From Hyphochytrium catenoides (lineage: Eukaryota > Protista > Hyphochytriomycota), in the NCBI GenBank assembly GCA_900088475.1, contig FLMG01003841.1, positions 1 through 49,361 of the forward strand: a DNA stretch of 49,361 nt, given 5' to 3'. Numbering within the stretch: the stretch's first letter is position 1; every line of letters starts with the position of its first letter. The notes under the pieces were generated by a model that saw nothing but the letters and a program-made list of their open reading frames with translations, had not been told where the DNA came from and did no database searches. Of the stretch, positions 22,975 to 34,627 are shown piece after piece. The translations under genes were made by a program, and so were the position numbers.

Positions 22975-24195
22975 CTATTGATACCATGTGGAGGTTGGGG
23001 CAATGTACTTCAAGGCATTCCTCTTGCCAGGCGCAACTTGATCCCTACCAAAGGAGCTCAACAGGGGATCGTCGCCTACGATGATCAGTTCGGAATCATC
23101 CACCGCACTTCCAAAAGATGTATCCTCCTGGTAAGCATCTTCTTGAGGAGTGGACAAGCCGTCTTTAGTACGAAGAGCTCTTCCGCTAGATTTGCTTCCC
23201 ACCGTAGTTCGGAATCATTATAGATGAACGAGGGCCTGTTGTTGTACAGCCAATCCATCTCCACTAGCTCCTGCACGGCATCGCTCACGCGTAGCCCGAT
23301 GGTAAAGTCCAGGAGCTTCAATAGTAGAAAGGTCATTACCATGGAATAGAGCGCTGTCACTAAGCACCCTACCAACTGATAAAGCAGGAGAATGTAGTTC
23401 CCATCTATCACCCCTCCTTCAATGGCTGGCAGGGTTTGCCTCCTGCGTGGCAAAATGCCGGTTAGAATGGTGCCCACACAGCCCCCTACTCCATCAATTG
23501 CAAAGCTGTCTAGTCTGTCATCAAAGCGAAGGAGAAGCTTTATGCGGGTTGATCCGTACGCAGAACCACTTCCAGCAATGCCGAAGAGCACGGCTGCCCA
23601 AGGGTAGATCCATCCATGCAGGGGTTTACAGCAACCCATCCATGCAGGGGTTTACAGCAACAAGCACTGCAATAGCTCCACATGCGACGTCCTCTGGGTG
23701 TCTGAGAATTAATAAAGACCTCTTCAAGGATCATCCATGTGAAGAGCCCAGCACAGGCACTGATATGGGTGTTGAAAATTGCCATGATGGACGCAACCCC
23801 GTCCGCAAGCAAGCTTGAACAACCTCCATCATTAAACAACCCAAACCAGCCGAACCAGAGTATCGTCGGGCCGATCATTGCGAGGGGAACATTATGAGGA
23901 GTTAGCCGGTTCTTGGTCTTGCTTCTCTTGCCCACTACCCAAGCAGCCACCCATCATCTCGCTCGCTGAAGCCGGTAGCCACATGGACGACCGTGCCCGC
24001 AGCAAAGTCTATAGCTCCTAATTGATGCAACCAACCCAGTGGCTTGGAGACACCTTCCTCATTCTGCGTGTTGCCCCACATTCAGTGTGCTAGCGGATCA
24101 TACACCAGCGTGGTCCATATAAAGACGAAGATGCAATAATAACTCAGAAACCTCCTCATTCGCCCCACCACGTCCCTGATTATTAGGGCCGGCGT
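22975..24195 (-). pseudogene. AMT: Ammonium transporter (Amt/Mep family) pseudogene, 5'-truncated
   Basis: TPALI..GRMR..FIWTTLVYDPLAH*MWG..GWLHQLGAIDFAAGTVVHVATGFS; VVGKR..PHNVPLAMIGPTILWFGWFG; FNTHISACAG; DDRLDSFAIDGVGGCVGTILTG; LRVS. TGA replaces the conserved Trp at 24082-24084; several frameshifts; no introns seen. Confidence 0.9.
23610..23661. repeat. Perfect 26-bp tandem duplication causing a frameshift in the Amt pseudogene
   Basis: ccatccatgcaggggtttacagcaac x2. Confidence 0.92.
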
Positions 24196-24895
24196 CTTCT
24201 CCGCACCTCCCCGGCCTTCCCTCACCGTCTCGTAAGGACGGTTCCCACTCGGTGATCTTCCCTTATTTTCTGAGAAATGGTGCTTAGCCACTCCTAATAA
24301 CCCTCTATAACCCTATCCCTGAACTTTATCTCTCAAGCCACCCAGCACTAGAAAGATAACCATTACTTAATATCAATCTAGTGACCTTGTGCACCTTATT
24401 AGGAAAGAGATTTACCACTATCACCGGTACGTGTCGCCCAGCCTGTTGACGCATCACCGATTACCTGCATGCGTATGAGAGACCTCTGTTGGGTGGGCCT
24501 CGATGGGTTATTACGTCGCTGTTGGTACAGGGGGAGACCTTTATTTACTTTTTCTCAGATGCATGCCACCTCACTATATATCACCACCAATAGCAAGGTT
24601 TAGGGCAATCCTGTTAGATGCGGCAAGAGAAGATAGGCTACGATGATCTCAAGATAGTGCTAAATTTCTGTCGCCGACCCGGATACTACTTGTGTTCTGA
24701 GATACCAGAAGAATTCCACTCTGAAGCACCTCACGTCCTCCTATCTCGTTCAAAGAGAGATGCTGCTGCTGGCAGCCCCGACAATGGCGCCAAATCTACT
24801 CAGCTGGACGTCAGAAAGGAGGAACGGACAGCTACTGTCATTGTTGATGATTGCATCCCTTGGTGGAAGAGCATTTTTATGGAAGTTAACTCGCT

Positions 24896-25744
24896 CTAAG
24901 ATGCACTCGTGCCATTATCCTCACCCTTACGTACAGCTTCTGCATATGATCGTACATGGTATGATTCCAGCAAGTGCCAGTCTTCGTCCTCGTCATCAAC
25001 GCCTTTGCCTTTCAAATACCTCTCACGAGAGGAGCAGCCTGCTGGCAAACGCGATACACCGGGGCCAGACGAAGGGAGTCCAAACAGTTCCGTGGCCAGC
25101 TTAGTAACATCACATGGGCTCCTCAGAGCGGGATAGTCTTCGTGGGAAAGGGTTGGCACAGATTCACAAAGAACATCCTCGACCTTGACGTAGTAAGAGT
25201 AATCCTCCTCCGCCTCATCGGGCCTGAGGAATATTACATTATCTTTTCCAATGGTCTGAGGGAAGCACTCCTCCTGGAAGGAAATAGCGGTCCATGGAGA
25301 AAAACCTTCGAGCTCCTCATGATAAGTGTGCTTATGGGGCAACCGGCAGACGGGAACATCATCATCGCCATCACGATACGCGTATGAGTCATATTCATCA
25401 TTCAGCTCCGCATCTGGGGAAGCCATCGCGTGCAGGATCCCACAAGCTCGACTGCTCTTTGCATTGTCTTCCGGTGGCCTTCGATTTCCAGACCACCTCC
25501 CAAGAGTAATCTTCTTCTCACCAAGGTTGACCACTGGGAGCTTTGCCCGACGTGCTGCCCTGCGTCGGATCTTTCTCAATTCCTCGGGGTGAAGGACGCG
25601 AGGAAATCTACTAGCATAGGTGTAGTCGCTACCTTCTTCATATATTTCGGAGCCCTTATCCCTTGACTTAGCCCCTGGGCTGCTACTAGTGTTGCGCTTA
25701 ACGTCGGAGAACTGCAATGGCACTCTGGACTTCTCCCGGAACAT
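24896..25744 (-). CDS. Hypothetical protein, 282 aa, intronless
   Basis: ATG-initiated 849-nt ORF with protein-like composition (basic N-part, acidic middle, C-terminal DEDWHLLES..SYAEAVRKG); no recognised family. Confidence 0.55.
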   Translation of the reverse strand: MFREKSRVPLQFSDVKRNTSSSPGAKSRDKGSEIYEEGSDYTYASRFPRVLHPEELRKIRRRAARRAKLPVVNLGEKKITLGRWSGNRRPPEDNAKSSRACGILHAMASPDAELNDEYDSYAYRDGDDDVPVCRLPHKHTYHEELEGFSPWTAISFQEECFPQTIGKDNVIFLRPDEAEEDYSYYVKVEDVLCESVPTLSHEDYPALRSPCDVTKLATELFGLPSSGPGVSRLPAGCSSRERYLKGKGVDDEDEDWHLLESYHVRSYAEAVRKGEDNGTSAS

Positions 25745-27447
25745 CTTCTACCCGATGAGTATATTGGGCGGCGATGAGCAGAGGATTAAGAAGAAGAGGG
25801 CGGATCTGATAATAACTAGCACCAGGAGCAACAGTTTCCTTTTCAGCAGAAAGCGCTAAATCTCCGTCTGAATGGGTTTCATCAGTACAAGGAAGGAAGA
25901 TGTGAGGATCCCAGCGTTGACTAGTAGACGGACGCGGGGTCTTCTGATGATCAGTCTTCGCTCTCTGCTCCCTCCTCCTACTCCGAGTGGGGAGTGTTGA
26001 GAGAGACCGCTGGCAAGCAAGAATGATACTATATAAACCCTTCTTCTCTTGACCTAGAGGCTAGCGCACCAGCAACAAGGAGAAGGAGGAGGAGTGATTG
26101 TTTCCTTTTCTCTTGCTGCTAAGCAAAAGAAGAATCTTTATGCATCAGAAGATATGTTGTCGCAATGATGCGTATTCTCGTCGTCGTATATGAATCCCTT
26201 GCCGCTGGGCTATTATCTGGTATAGGATAAGAACTAATCTCTCTTCTCTCCTGCACGGCCTCCTCAGGGTAAGCGTCGTGATCTTTATTATCATCGGCCG
26301 TCATGCCCTTGTGTATGAAGTCCGTCACAGATGGCGACTCGGAACAGCCGCAGCAGGAGAAAATTCTTCCGGTTGCTACTACAACTAGTGTTTCGCAGAG
26401 TACCACAGTCCTTACTATTGTAGTAGAAGGTAAGTGTAGGAGAGTAGGAAGTATGTTGAAGCATCTCTATGACTTGCCACGAGCTTATTATTGTAGTCAA
26501 GGAAGTACTACTCGTACTACTGTACCGTTTCCCAGTACAATTTGTTAGGGTTATCAGGTACGAACGGTGTGCAATGTGGTGGAAGAATCTGTCCAGTAGT
26601 TGGCATCCCATTCCCCATTCCACCTGTGAGTGATAACCTGATACTGCGTTTCATGATAATCACAAAAAACTGTTCGTTTTGTCGTTTCAATTTTCCTATG
26701 TTCTCCCTAGACACAATGCGAAGCAAACTCAAGCCACTGAGCATAACCCCAGTACGCCTGTTAAACTTAGGATGTGGTCTCAAACTCACGTCAATTTAGT
26801 TCGGTGGCTCATGTGTTTGTGGACAAGGGCCACGACTGGAACAAGCGTTTGACTGACCACAAACATCACTCGAGGTGCACACCAAGTATATCTCGCGAGT
26901 ATGTCATTGTATGCCATTTGCTGCGTAGGAGCAGGCTCTGTCTGCTCGTCCGAGTTGCTCTGTCTTTGTGCGGTGCGGTGAGAAGCACAAGCAAGCTTTT
27001 GGCTGCAAGAATGGCCAGTTCTGTCCCGCTTGCTTCCTTTGGCCAGCCCCGGACGAGCTGTGTACTTGTTATGAAGGAGCGATCGCAAGCTCTTTGGCCT
27101 TTATATCTCTTGTTTCTCATCTGCTCTGCCTCCTCTGGCTCCCTAACATGGGCGTGGTACTCTGTCTACTATCAAAGGAACAGAAATAAAGACAACGCAA
27201 AAGGCTTAGGTGTGCCTGCTACCGTGAGGCTTGCTGGCATCGGTTAGGTTAGCTAGTCGATACCCGAAGCTTCTCTCCTTATTCTCCAACCTTCCTCAGC
27301 TGGGGTGCTTTCTGCTCACCGCCAGATTGGCACTGCGCAACAAGCTACCGTTGTATTCTTGTTCTCAAGGTTTGTCATTGAGCTGAAACAGGGGGAAGGA
27401 AGCTGCCAGAAGGTCACCAGGCACGGTCTTCTAGGTGTTTAAGAACG

Positions 27448-30400
27448 ATGTCAGCAGATGCTTTGTCTTCTTCTTCACAGCACCAGCAGTGTGGTCTGGC
27501 TGAGCAGTCCGTGGTCAGTGCAGCTCTAGTGCAGTTCGCCCAGCAATTAGCGGGTGAGCTCCTGGGTATATGGCAGGAGGTTGGACTGAACGAGAGCGAG
27601 ATGAAGGAGCAAACAGCAGATGTGTGCAAAAAGCTGCAGGAGGCCTCAAGAGAGAGGGTGCGTCAGGAGGGAGAGAAGAGAGACGCACTGAAGAGAGAGG
27701 TCACCCGAGCAGTAGCTGAGACCAGGCTTCTAGCGGAAGAGCTTGGAGCGGACCTGGGTATCTCTGCACCTAAAGCATCCCTTCGAGCTCAGCTGGACAG
27801 CACTCAGAAGAGAGCGGCGGAGCTTCGGAAGGTCTAATTCACTTTTGTTCTTCTATCTTCAGTCCTTTCTTTCTCCTCTTGGTCGTTTTCCTACTTGCAT
27901 TCCCCCTTGATGTACCAGCCTTCCGCGATTCAGCGTAGCCGTCTGGCTTACTCCCCATCACATCACTCTGACCATCTCGCTACATGGTCCTTTTAGGATA
28001 AAGAGGAGCGTATCAAGGCTTTGATGGCAATGAAGACAGAAGTCTTTGAGGTCTATGCCACATTAGGGGAGGACGTACCGGTAAGTACCGAAAACGAGCA
28101 CCAGGGGATTGGAGAGGGCACAGACCTACCAGCGCCAAACTCCTTTCAGAAAGCTCCCGGTCTTTTCTGACGGTCGGGAACTTGTTTTCGCTCCGTCTTG
28201 TCGCTTCCTACTTCTGGTCATTGCGGCAGGCCGAGTGTGGGGACGTGCCATCCAACCTCCGACAGGAGCGACTCCAGGTCTTCCAAACCACTCTTGCAGA
28301 GGCCAAGCTAGAAAAGGTAGGCAGGTTTTAGGGTTCTAACCATGGGTTGGTTGTTTTATGGCGCTTGTCCTGTCCGAAAAGGAAGAAGAGGGAGCGAGAG
28401 GGCAAAGAAGGTAATGAGGGGACACAGTAGATTTCTAGGTAAAGACGTTAACGCGAAGCAACTCAAAAACCTATCTGGTTGATCCAGGTCAAGCGTCAGA
28501 AAGAGATGGAGGTTGCTATCCAACACTGCAAGGAGCTGATGAAGCAGCTCCAAATCAAGGCAGAGACGGACACTGACATCGCGATACAATGTGACGGCAA
28601 GGTTAGTATAAAATGCAGCACAGCCCTTCTTGGTACTCTTTCTATCTCCGCCACAAAGCACACAATTATGCCTGCCAGGAGCGTCCTCATATCCCTTGTC
28701 TTCCCGAAACTCTTCCGATATTAGGGCCTGGAACGACCATTCTCTAAAGAAACCATGCAGCGGGTTCGGGATCGTGAGGAAACCTTAAGTAGAGAGAAGG
28801 TACTGCCCTTAGATTTGAGCGATCAGGAAATGGGCACTGGCTAAACATTGTTCCTCAGGAAAGCCGAGAACTGAAGTTGAAGGAGTTGGGTCAACAGATA
28901 AATGATCTTTGGGCCATGCTGAAGGTAAGTTGTGCAGCAGATAGAATAGCAGCAGCACCTGTTCCAGCTTGATCTCTGCTTGCAATGAAATTGGTTTGCT
29001 TGCTTAACTCAGCTCCGTGCGTTTCCCACTGGGCTGGTTCTGCTCCTTCTAGATTGATGACAACCAGAAGAAGAGCTTTTTCGAAAAGATGACCGGGGTG
29101 TCTCTTTCTTCAATAGCAGCGGTATGTTACCAGGATTATGCTTCTCATGCGCTGTCATTAAGCTGACGCAAGCGGGTTTCAGATTGAATACATCATATCT
29201 CCTTCCTCTTCCTTGGTTCGCCACATCGAGATGCCGTCGTTACACGTCGATTCTGCTATTCCTTGACCTCCTGCCTCATTCTATGCAGTGTGAATCAGAG
29301 ATCCTGCGCCTTCGAGAGCTAAAAGTAGCTCACTTAGCCTCAATCATCGAGTCGCTTCGTGAGGAAATTCTGCTGCTGTGGGACCAGCTGGATTTCCCTC
29401 CTTCCGCGCGCGAGTATTTTAAGGCTCAGATTTCGACTCCTCGGCTTGATTTCACAGAAGAGCTGTTAGATGAGCATCGTAAGGAGCATCAACAGCTTTC
29501 AAAGAGATATGAGGCCATGAAGCCACTGCTCAAGGTTGGTGCGAAAACAACACGCCAAAGAACCTTATAGAGCTGCGAAGGACGACTTTTTATCTGAACT
29601 TCCATTTGTTCGTTCGCTCCTGGTTATACCTAGTACGTTGAGATGCGAGAGGCTCTTCTAGCGGAGAGGGATGAGTATGAAGAGTCGCTGAAGGACCCTG
29701 AGCGACTGCTGAACATCGGCAGAGATCGCCAGCGACTGTTAAGGGAGGAGAAGCTGCAGGTGGAGACGTCTCTCTCTTTTCTGCACCCACATCGAGCTTG
29801 ATTTGTAATCGACCGGCAGCGTACTGCCCTTGCCATCCTCTTCATCCTTGATCTTGCCTCTTTGTGCTCAGAGTTTCCTCTTCAACAAGGGACTCACATC
29901 CTACTTCTCAGGTCCGGTTAAAGAAGGATCTGCCTAAGATCAACGAAAAGCTGCTGACCAAAATCCCGGAATGGGAGAGAGAGAATGGGATGGAGTTCGT
30001 CTTCAAGGGCCGGAACTATCTGCAGTACATGCGGGAGGTGGATGAGGAGTATGTCAAGAAGAAGGAAGAGGAACGACTTGCAAAGGTTGCTGCTCCGTAT
30101 TCTCTTCCTCAATCTTCTTCTAAAATTGCTACCGTCTCTTCCCCGGGTGCCCCTTCTTTCTGTCTCTCAATGATTGTGGTTTGTCTATCTCTCGCTTTCC
30201 GGCACTCAGCAGTTAGCATTCTCACCAAAAAACCTTCCAATTATTTCAGAAACGTCAGAAGGCAGTCGGCACTCTTCAGCAGCTGGATCAGCTCTCTCCT
30301 TCAGCCAGTCTCACACGACGGCCCTCAACCACCGAACGCACCCCTTCACGGACCCCTACCCCCGGCGCGTCAAAGTCTACTCGTCAGCGCTCTTTCTCGT

Positions 30401-30543
30401 CACGTTCATCTCTTTCTCTCTCTCAGGGAAGACCAAGAACCGCGGGGACAAACAACTCTCAAAGCGGTGGAGAAGATAGTCCTGGCAAGCAGTCAACATC
30501 CAGCAATGAATCCTTCCCCGCAGAGGACGATATTGCGGCGTGA
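27448..30543 (+). CDS. PRC1: PRC1/MAP65/Ase1 microtubule-bundling protein, 11 exons, ~572 aa
   Basis: Exons 27448-27831, 27997-28080, 28230-28316, 28488-28601, 28725-28799, 28859-28924, 29053-29121, 29289-29534, 29634-29759, 29912-30085, 30250-30543. Motifs LLGIWQEVG, LREEILLLWDQL, KDPERLL..LLREEK..LKKDLPK..IPEWERENGMEFVFKG. Confidence 0.9.
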
Positions 30544-30881
30544 AGCGGAGGAAGTGATCGGCAAAGAGAGAGGCCATTTAGAAAAGAACTACGTTCATCT
30601 TGATTTATTGTACCATTCTCCCAGGCGGCGTTGCCAGCTGGACGGGAGAAAACTTTCGCGAAAAAGTGAGACATTTGTTGAACTGAAAGAGAAGAGAGAT
30701 AGAGAGAAACTCTGTCGTGTGCCATACATAAACTGTCATTTAGAAAGGAAAATCCCCACTCTCCTCGCTGTCTGTCAAATGAAAGCTCGTCACCACATCG
30801 TCTTCCTCCTCGGCGGCCTGCAAGGGCCGACAGGAGCATGAAAGTCAGCGACTAAAGCTTTCAAAGACAAAAAGATCACGT

Positions 30882-33800
30882 TTAAAATTCTTTAGAATCC
30901 AACAGCCGCCATCTCTCAGCGTACCAGGTGAGATATGCCTTGTCGTAAGCTCGGGACCCGTTTAGGTCCATTAGTTCTCTGGATAGGGGACACTTTGCCC
31001 GGTGTCTGAGGCGAGAAGACACCATCAAGAGCAAGAACTGCGTCAGAGACGGTAGCACTGAAGCGATGAGAGAGTTGAAGAACGAACTAAAATGCCAGGA
31101 ATGAAAACTAGCTGTTCGGCAGTCCCGCACGCCCACTAGACGCATACAAGCATTCATAGCGAGGGCTCCCAACGGGTTGATGAGGAATAGGATATGGACA
31201 AGGGTGCCAAAAGAGAGAACGCAGGGAACAGATCAGGAGAGCCTCTATAGGTGTGATGCACTGAAGACAAAGAATATTAGGCTCTCGTACCCCAGGCTCA
31301 GGCTCTACTTCAGTGCTGACTGCCCTAGATCTCTCCTCATCCTGGACTTTTTTGCGACTCTGTCTGCTATCTTTCTCTTCCGACCGTTGCAAGGCCTTGC
31401 TTCTTTCCCCTGTTCTCTCTGGCTCCACTCTTCCACCATTGGCTGCCGAAGAGATATTGGTGGCTGGTCGAGCCCCCTCTACCGCTAGTGCCCACTGCGG
31501 GTCACACCTGGCGGATGATGCCCTCGTGCGAGTGAGAGAAGGCTGAGAGGTTGGAGAGGAAGAAGGGAGGGAGGACGGAAGGGAAGGAGATTGAGGCTGA
31601 GTTGGAAGGCCAGAAGTAGTAGAAGGAGGCGGAGGAGGTAGCGGTGGAATGGGCAGCTTTTCTGCTTGAGTCGGCTGGACAAGCTTCCGATGTCGGCAGG
31701 GTGACTCCGGTACCTTTGAACCGGAAGGGACACGGTCACGCAACGGACCTCCCTCTCTCTCTTTCTCTTTCCCGTCTTGCACGACCACAGACGCGGTGTC
31801 AGCGAGACAAGAGGAGCTTCGGGAGGATAACAACGAGCGTCGAGGAGTGATGCCAGAGCCAGCAGGAGGAGAAGATCGCAGCCCTCTTTCGCCGCCTACG
31901 TCTCCTCTGTGAAGCAAGTCTTTGGTGCTGATGGTGGGGGCCAAGGAGCGAACTGCAATACACTCGGATGAGAGAGATCTGCCAGATAGAGTCTCCCCAG
32001 GACGAGAGTGAGGAGTAGAAGGCTTTGGAGGAAGGGGTAAGGGACTGATAGCAGGAGGGGACGCTATCAGCGACTCTTCCTCCTTTTTTCCGGGTGTTGA
32101 ACTTTGACTGGGGCTCATCTTCGCCTGATACTGACCGTTCACCCATAACAGCAACTAAGAAAGAAGAGCCAGGAATATGATGGATAAAGAAATGCTTAGT
32201 AAGTTTACATGGAGGGCTAGTAGAGGAAGACAGAGAGAGCAAAGGACAAGCACATGCAGACTGCGCACTCCATTTAGAGCTTTAATCGCATAATATGAAA
32301 GCACGTAAGGAATGCACTCACCTCATCCTCAGCTTTTCTTCGCAGTTCTCTTTCTTCGTGCAGAAGGCGCTACCAGGGGCAAGATTAGTTTTAAGGTTAC
32401 GTAAGGGTGACGCGCTGCGGACAGGCTAATGAGGTTCCGGTCCTCCGTTATGCGTCATAATAAAAGCGACACGGAGCAAACAAATGAGACGGTTGCGGAA
32501 GGAATCGCGCACGAAAAAGAAGAGGCCGCGGGCGGAGAGAGAAAGAGAGGCTAGAGAGGAAAATGGTTTCAGATGAGAGGCCTAAAAGAAAGAGAATGTG
32601 CAGGTACCTGCAGCCTTTCCAGGCTTGGTGATCTCTCCTGCTCCATCGCGCTTGGGGGAGAAGCTGGGAAAGAGAGCGGCGCTTCTTCTGTCTGCGTACT
32701 ACAGGAGACGAGTACCTTTCGGTCACCTCTTGCATTGCCTGACCCAGAGTCGAGGGATCCTCCGCCGTCATTCAGCTTACGAGTTAAGCCCTTTAGGGGG
32801 AAAGACAAGAACAGCTTAGCGGCGGGAGAGCTACCAGCACAGCGCAACGGGGTTGGGACAGGACGTGAAGGATGCGTCCGACCTCTGAGGAAGCTGGCAA
32901 CAAGAGGCGATCGCAGGTTTACTATTCTATACCTGGACTTCTAGCAATACCGCCTCGTTCGCCAACCTTGAACGCTTCATCTCCTGCTCCATCGTTTGTA
33001 GCTGCTGGATCATGAGAGCGCGTAGTATCTCGACTGCAAGCAGGTGGCGAGTGTCGTCGGTCAGGTGGTACATAACGAACAACGAGGAATGGGACTAAGG
33101 AAATCGCTCAACAAAAATGGCCAAAAGAGAGGCATAAGGGAGGGAAAAGAAGCGAAAAGGGGTTGAGAATAGCCCTAAGAAGCTGTGCGAACATAGCGAT
33201 ATGCCGCCCTTCCGACTATATACAACCCGTTAAAGGGGCAGATGGAAAGTATGGAAAGCAGGCCGAGAGTGCAGCGTGTCCAAACAGAAGTGCTACATCG
33301 ATTCTGGCTGTAAGCAGAACAGGACAAGGAAGATAGTAAGCCCGCATAGTAGAGCAATCTCTTAGTACTTTCAGAGTAGCACCCAGGATTCCCTTTCGCT
33401 GAATCGTCTGACGACTGGGGCTGTGGCTGGGGCTGCTGGGGCGCATTGTTCTGGAAGAGCTGTTTGAAGGTTTGTTGCAGAGTCAGCGTCTGCAGCTGAA
33501 AATGGGCCTTCTCCTCAATATAGCGATTGATAAATGAGAGAAGAAGAGTGCCATCGCCGCCACTGAATGCCTCTGGAACAGGGAGTGAAGAAGTGAGCAT
33601 GGTGAATTGCAAAATAGAGAGCCTTGAACGGTGGTCCGTCGAGGGCTACTTTGCCGTTGTTGGGGCCATCATATAAAGATAAAAGGCAAACATCAGGTCT
33701 CCCTGAAGTGTGGAGTAGAATAACCTTACCCGCTGCAGGGCCCTTCGTCGGAGATGCTGGCTCTTCAATAGCCTGCAATAAGAGGCACACGACTGCTTAA

Positions 33801-34627
33801 TGACGGGGTCATACTAGCTAGACGTAAGATATAGAGAGAAAGGCCGGGATGGAAGGAGAGTGAGACAGCAGGGGCTATTAGTAGGACAGAGAATCTGCAG
33901 AAAGTCTTGACCTGTGTTCTCGTCTTCATTCTCTCTGCTTCTCTCTTAGGCTGCTCTTCAAGAAGAGGAAGAGGTCGAGGCGCAGGTCCGGAGAGAGCAG
34001 AAGGATGGTTCTCCCCGGCGAGGTATGACGACGAAGCCACTAGCTCTGTACAGAGATTGTAGAGGCATTGAAGATAAGTCCCATGACCAGAGTCAGCGTA
34101 AAACAGAAGGGAAGGAGGGGCAACTGACAGCGCATATGGAGTAAAGAGAAAGGTAAGAAGACTCTCAGAACAAAGGCTTCAAGCGGCATTGCGAGTGGCG
34201 AGGGCGTAGAGTTGTGTCTACAGGGCTGGAGAAGCATAGTGAGAGCATAAAGAAGAGAGTGATACATTGCCCCAGACTTACTTCTATGGCCACGTGGATG
34301 TGCGTTTGGACTCGCTGGAGGAAAGTTCTGAGAAGCGAAGACAGGGCGAGATGTCTGAAACTGCGGAGAGGTAGTTGAAGAAGAAAACTGCTCAAGAGAG
34401 AGCTTTCTTGTCCGTCTCACTCCAGGCGGAGATGTGACGGAGGAGGAGGATGAAGGAAGGATTGGTCCAGCGAAGGGGAGAGGAGAAGAGCGCAGATCCT
34501 GCGCCAGTGCTTCCCGTATATCCACCTCTGATGGCGTTCGATCCCCTCTGTTACTCCTCTCCCCAGCCACACTTTCCCTCTCTTGAGGTGAGTGGACTGG
34601 AGAGCGGATCAATGAATCCACTTCCAT
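30882..34627 (-). CDS. Hypothetical Ser/Pro-rich protein with central coiled-coil; multi-exon (3' end uncertain)
   Basis: Phase-compatible GT-AG exons from ATG 34627: MEVDSLIRSP..; KLVASSSYLAG..; AIEEPASP..; EAFSGGDGTLLLSFINRYIEEK..; IEILRALMIQQLQTMEQEMKR..; GLTRKLND..; RLLHEERELRRKAEDE; LLLWVNGQY.. (long Pro/Ser exon). Possible last exon ..AYDKAYLTWYAERWRLLDSKEF*. Confidence 0.6.

Noticed and set aside
344-24084. In-frame TAG/TGA in the S9 and Amt relics suggesting an alternative genetic code or readthrough
   Set aside because: Intact conserved genes end at the expected places with TAG (GH7), TAA (AP3S) and TGA (ESS2), and the relics also contain frameshifts, so the stops are decay.
24618-24899. 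ORF with calpain-like VIVDDCIP
   Set aside because: No other calpain motif (QGxLGDC, HAY, NPWG) nearby.
29864-30841. 325-aa ORF as a separate gene
   Set aside because: It contains PRC1 exon 10 plus intron and off-frame read-through.
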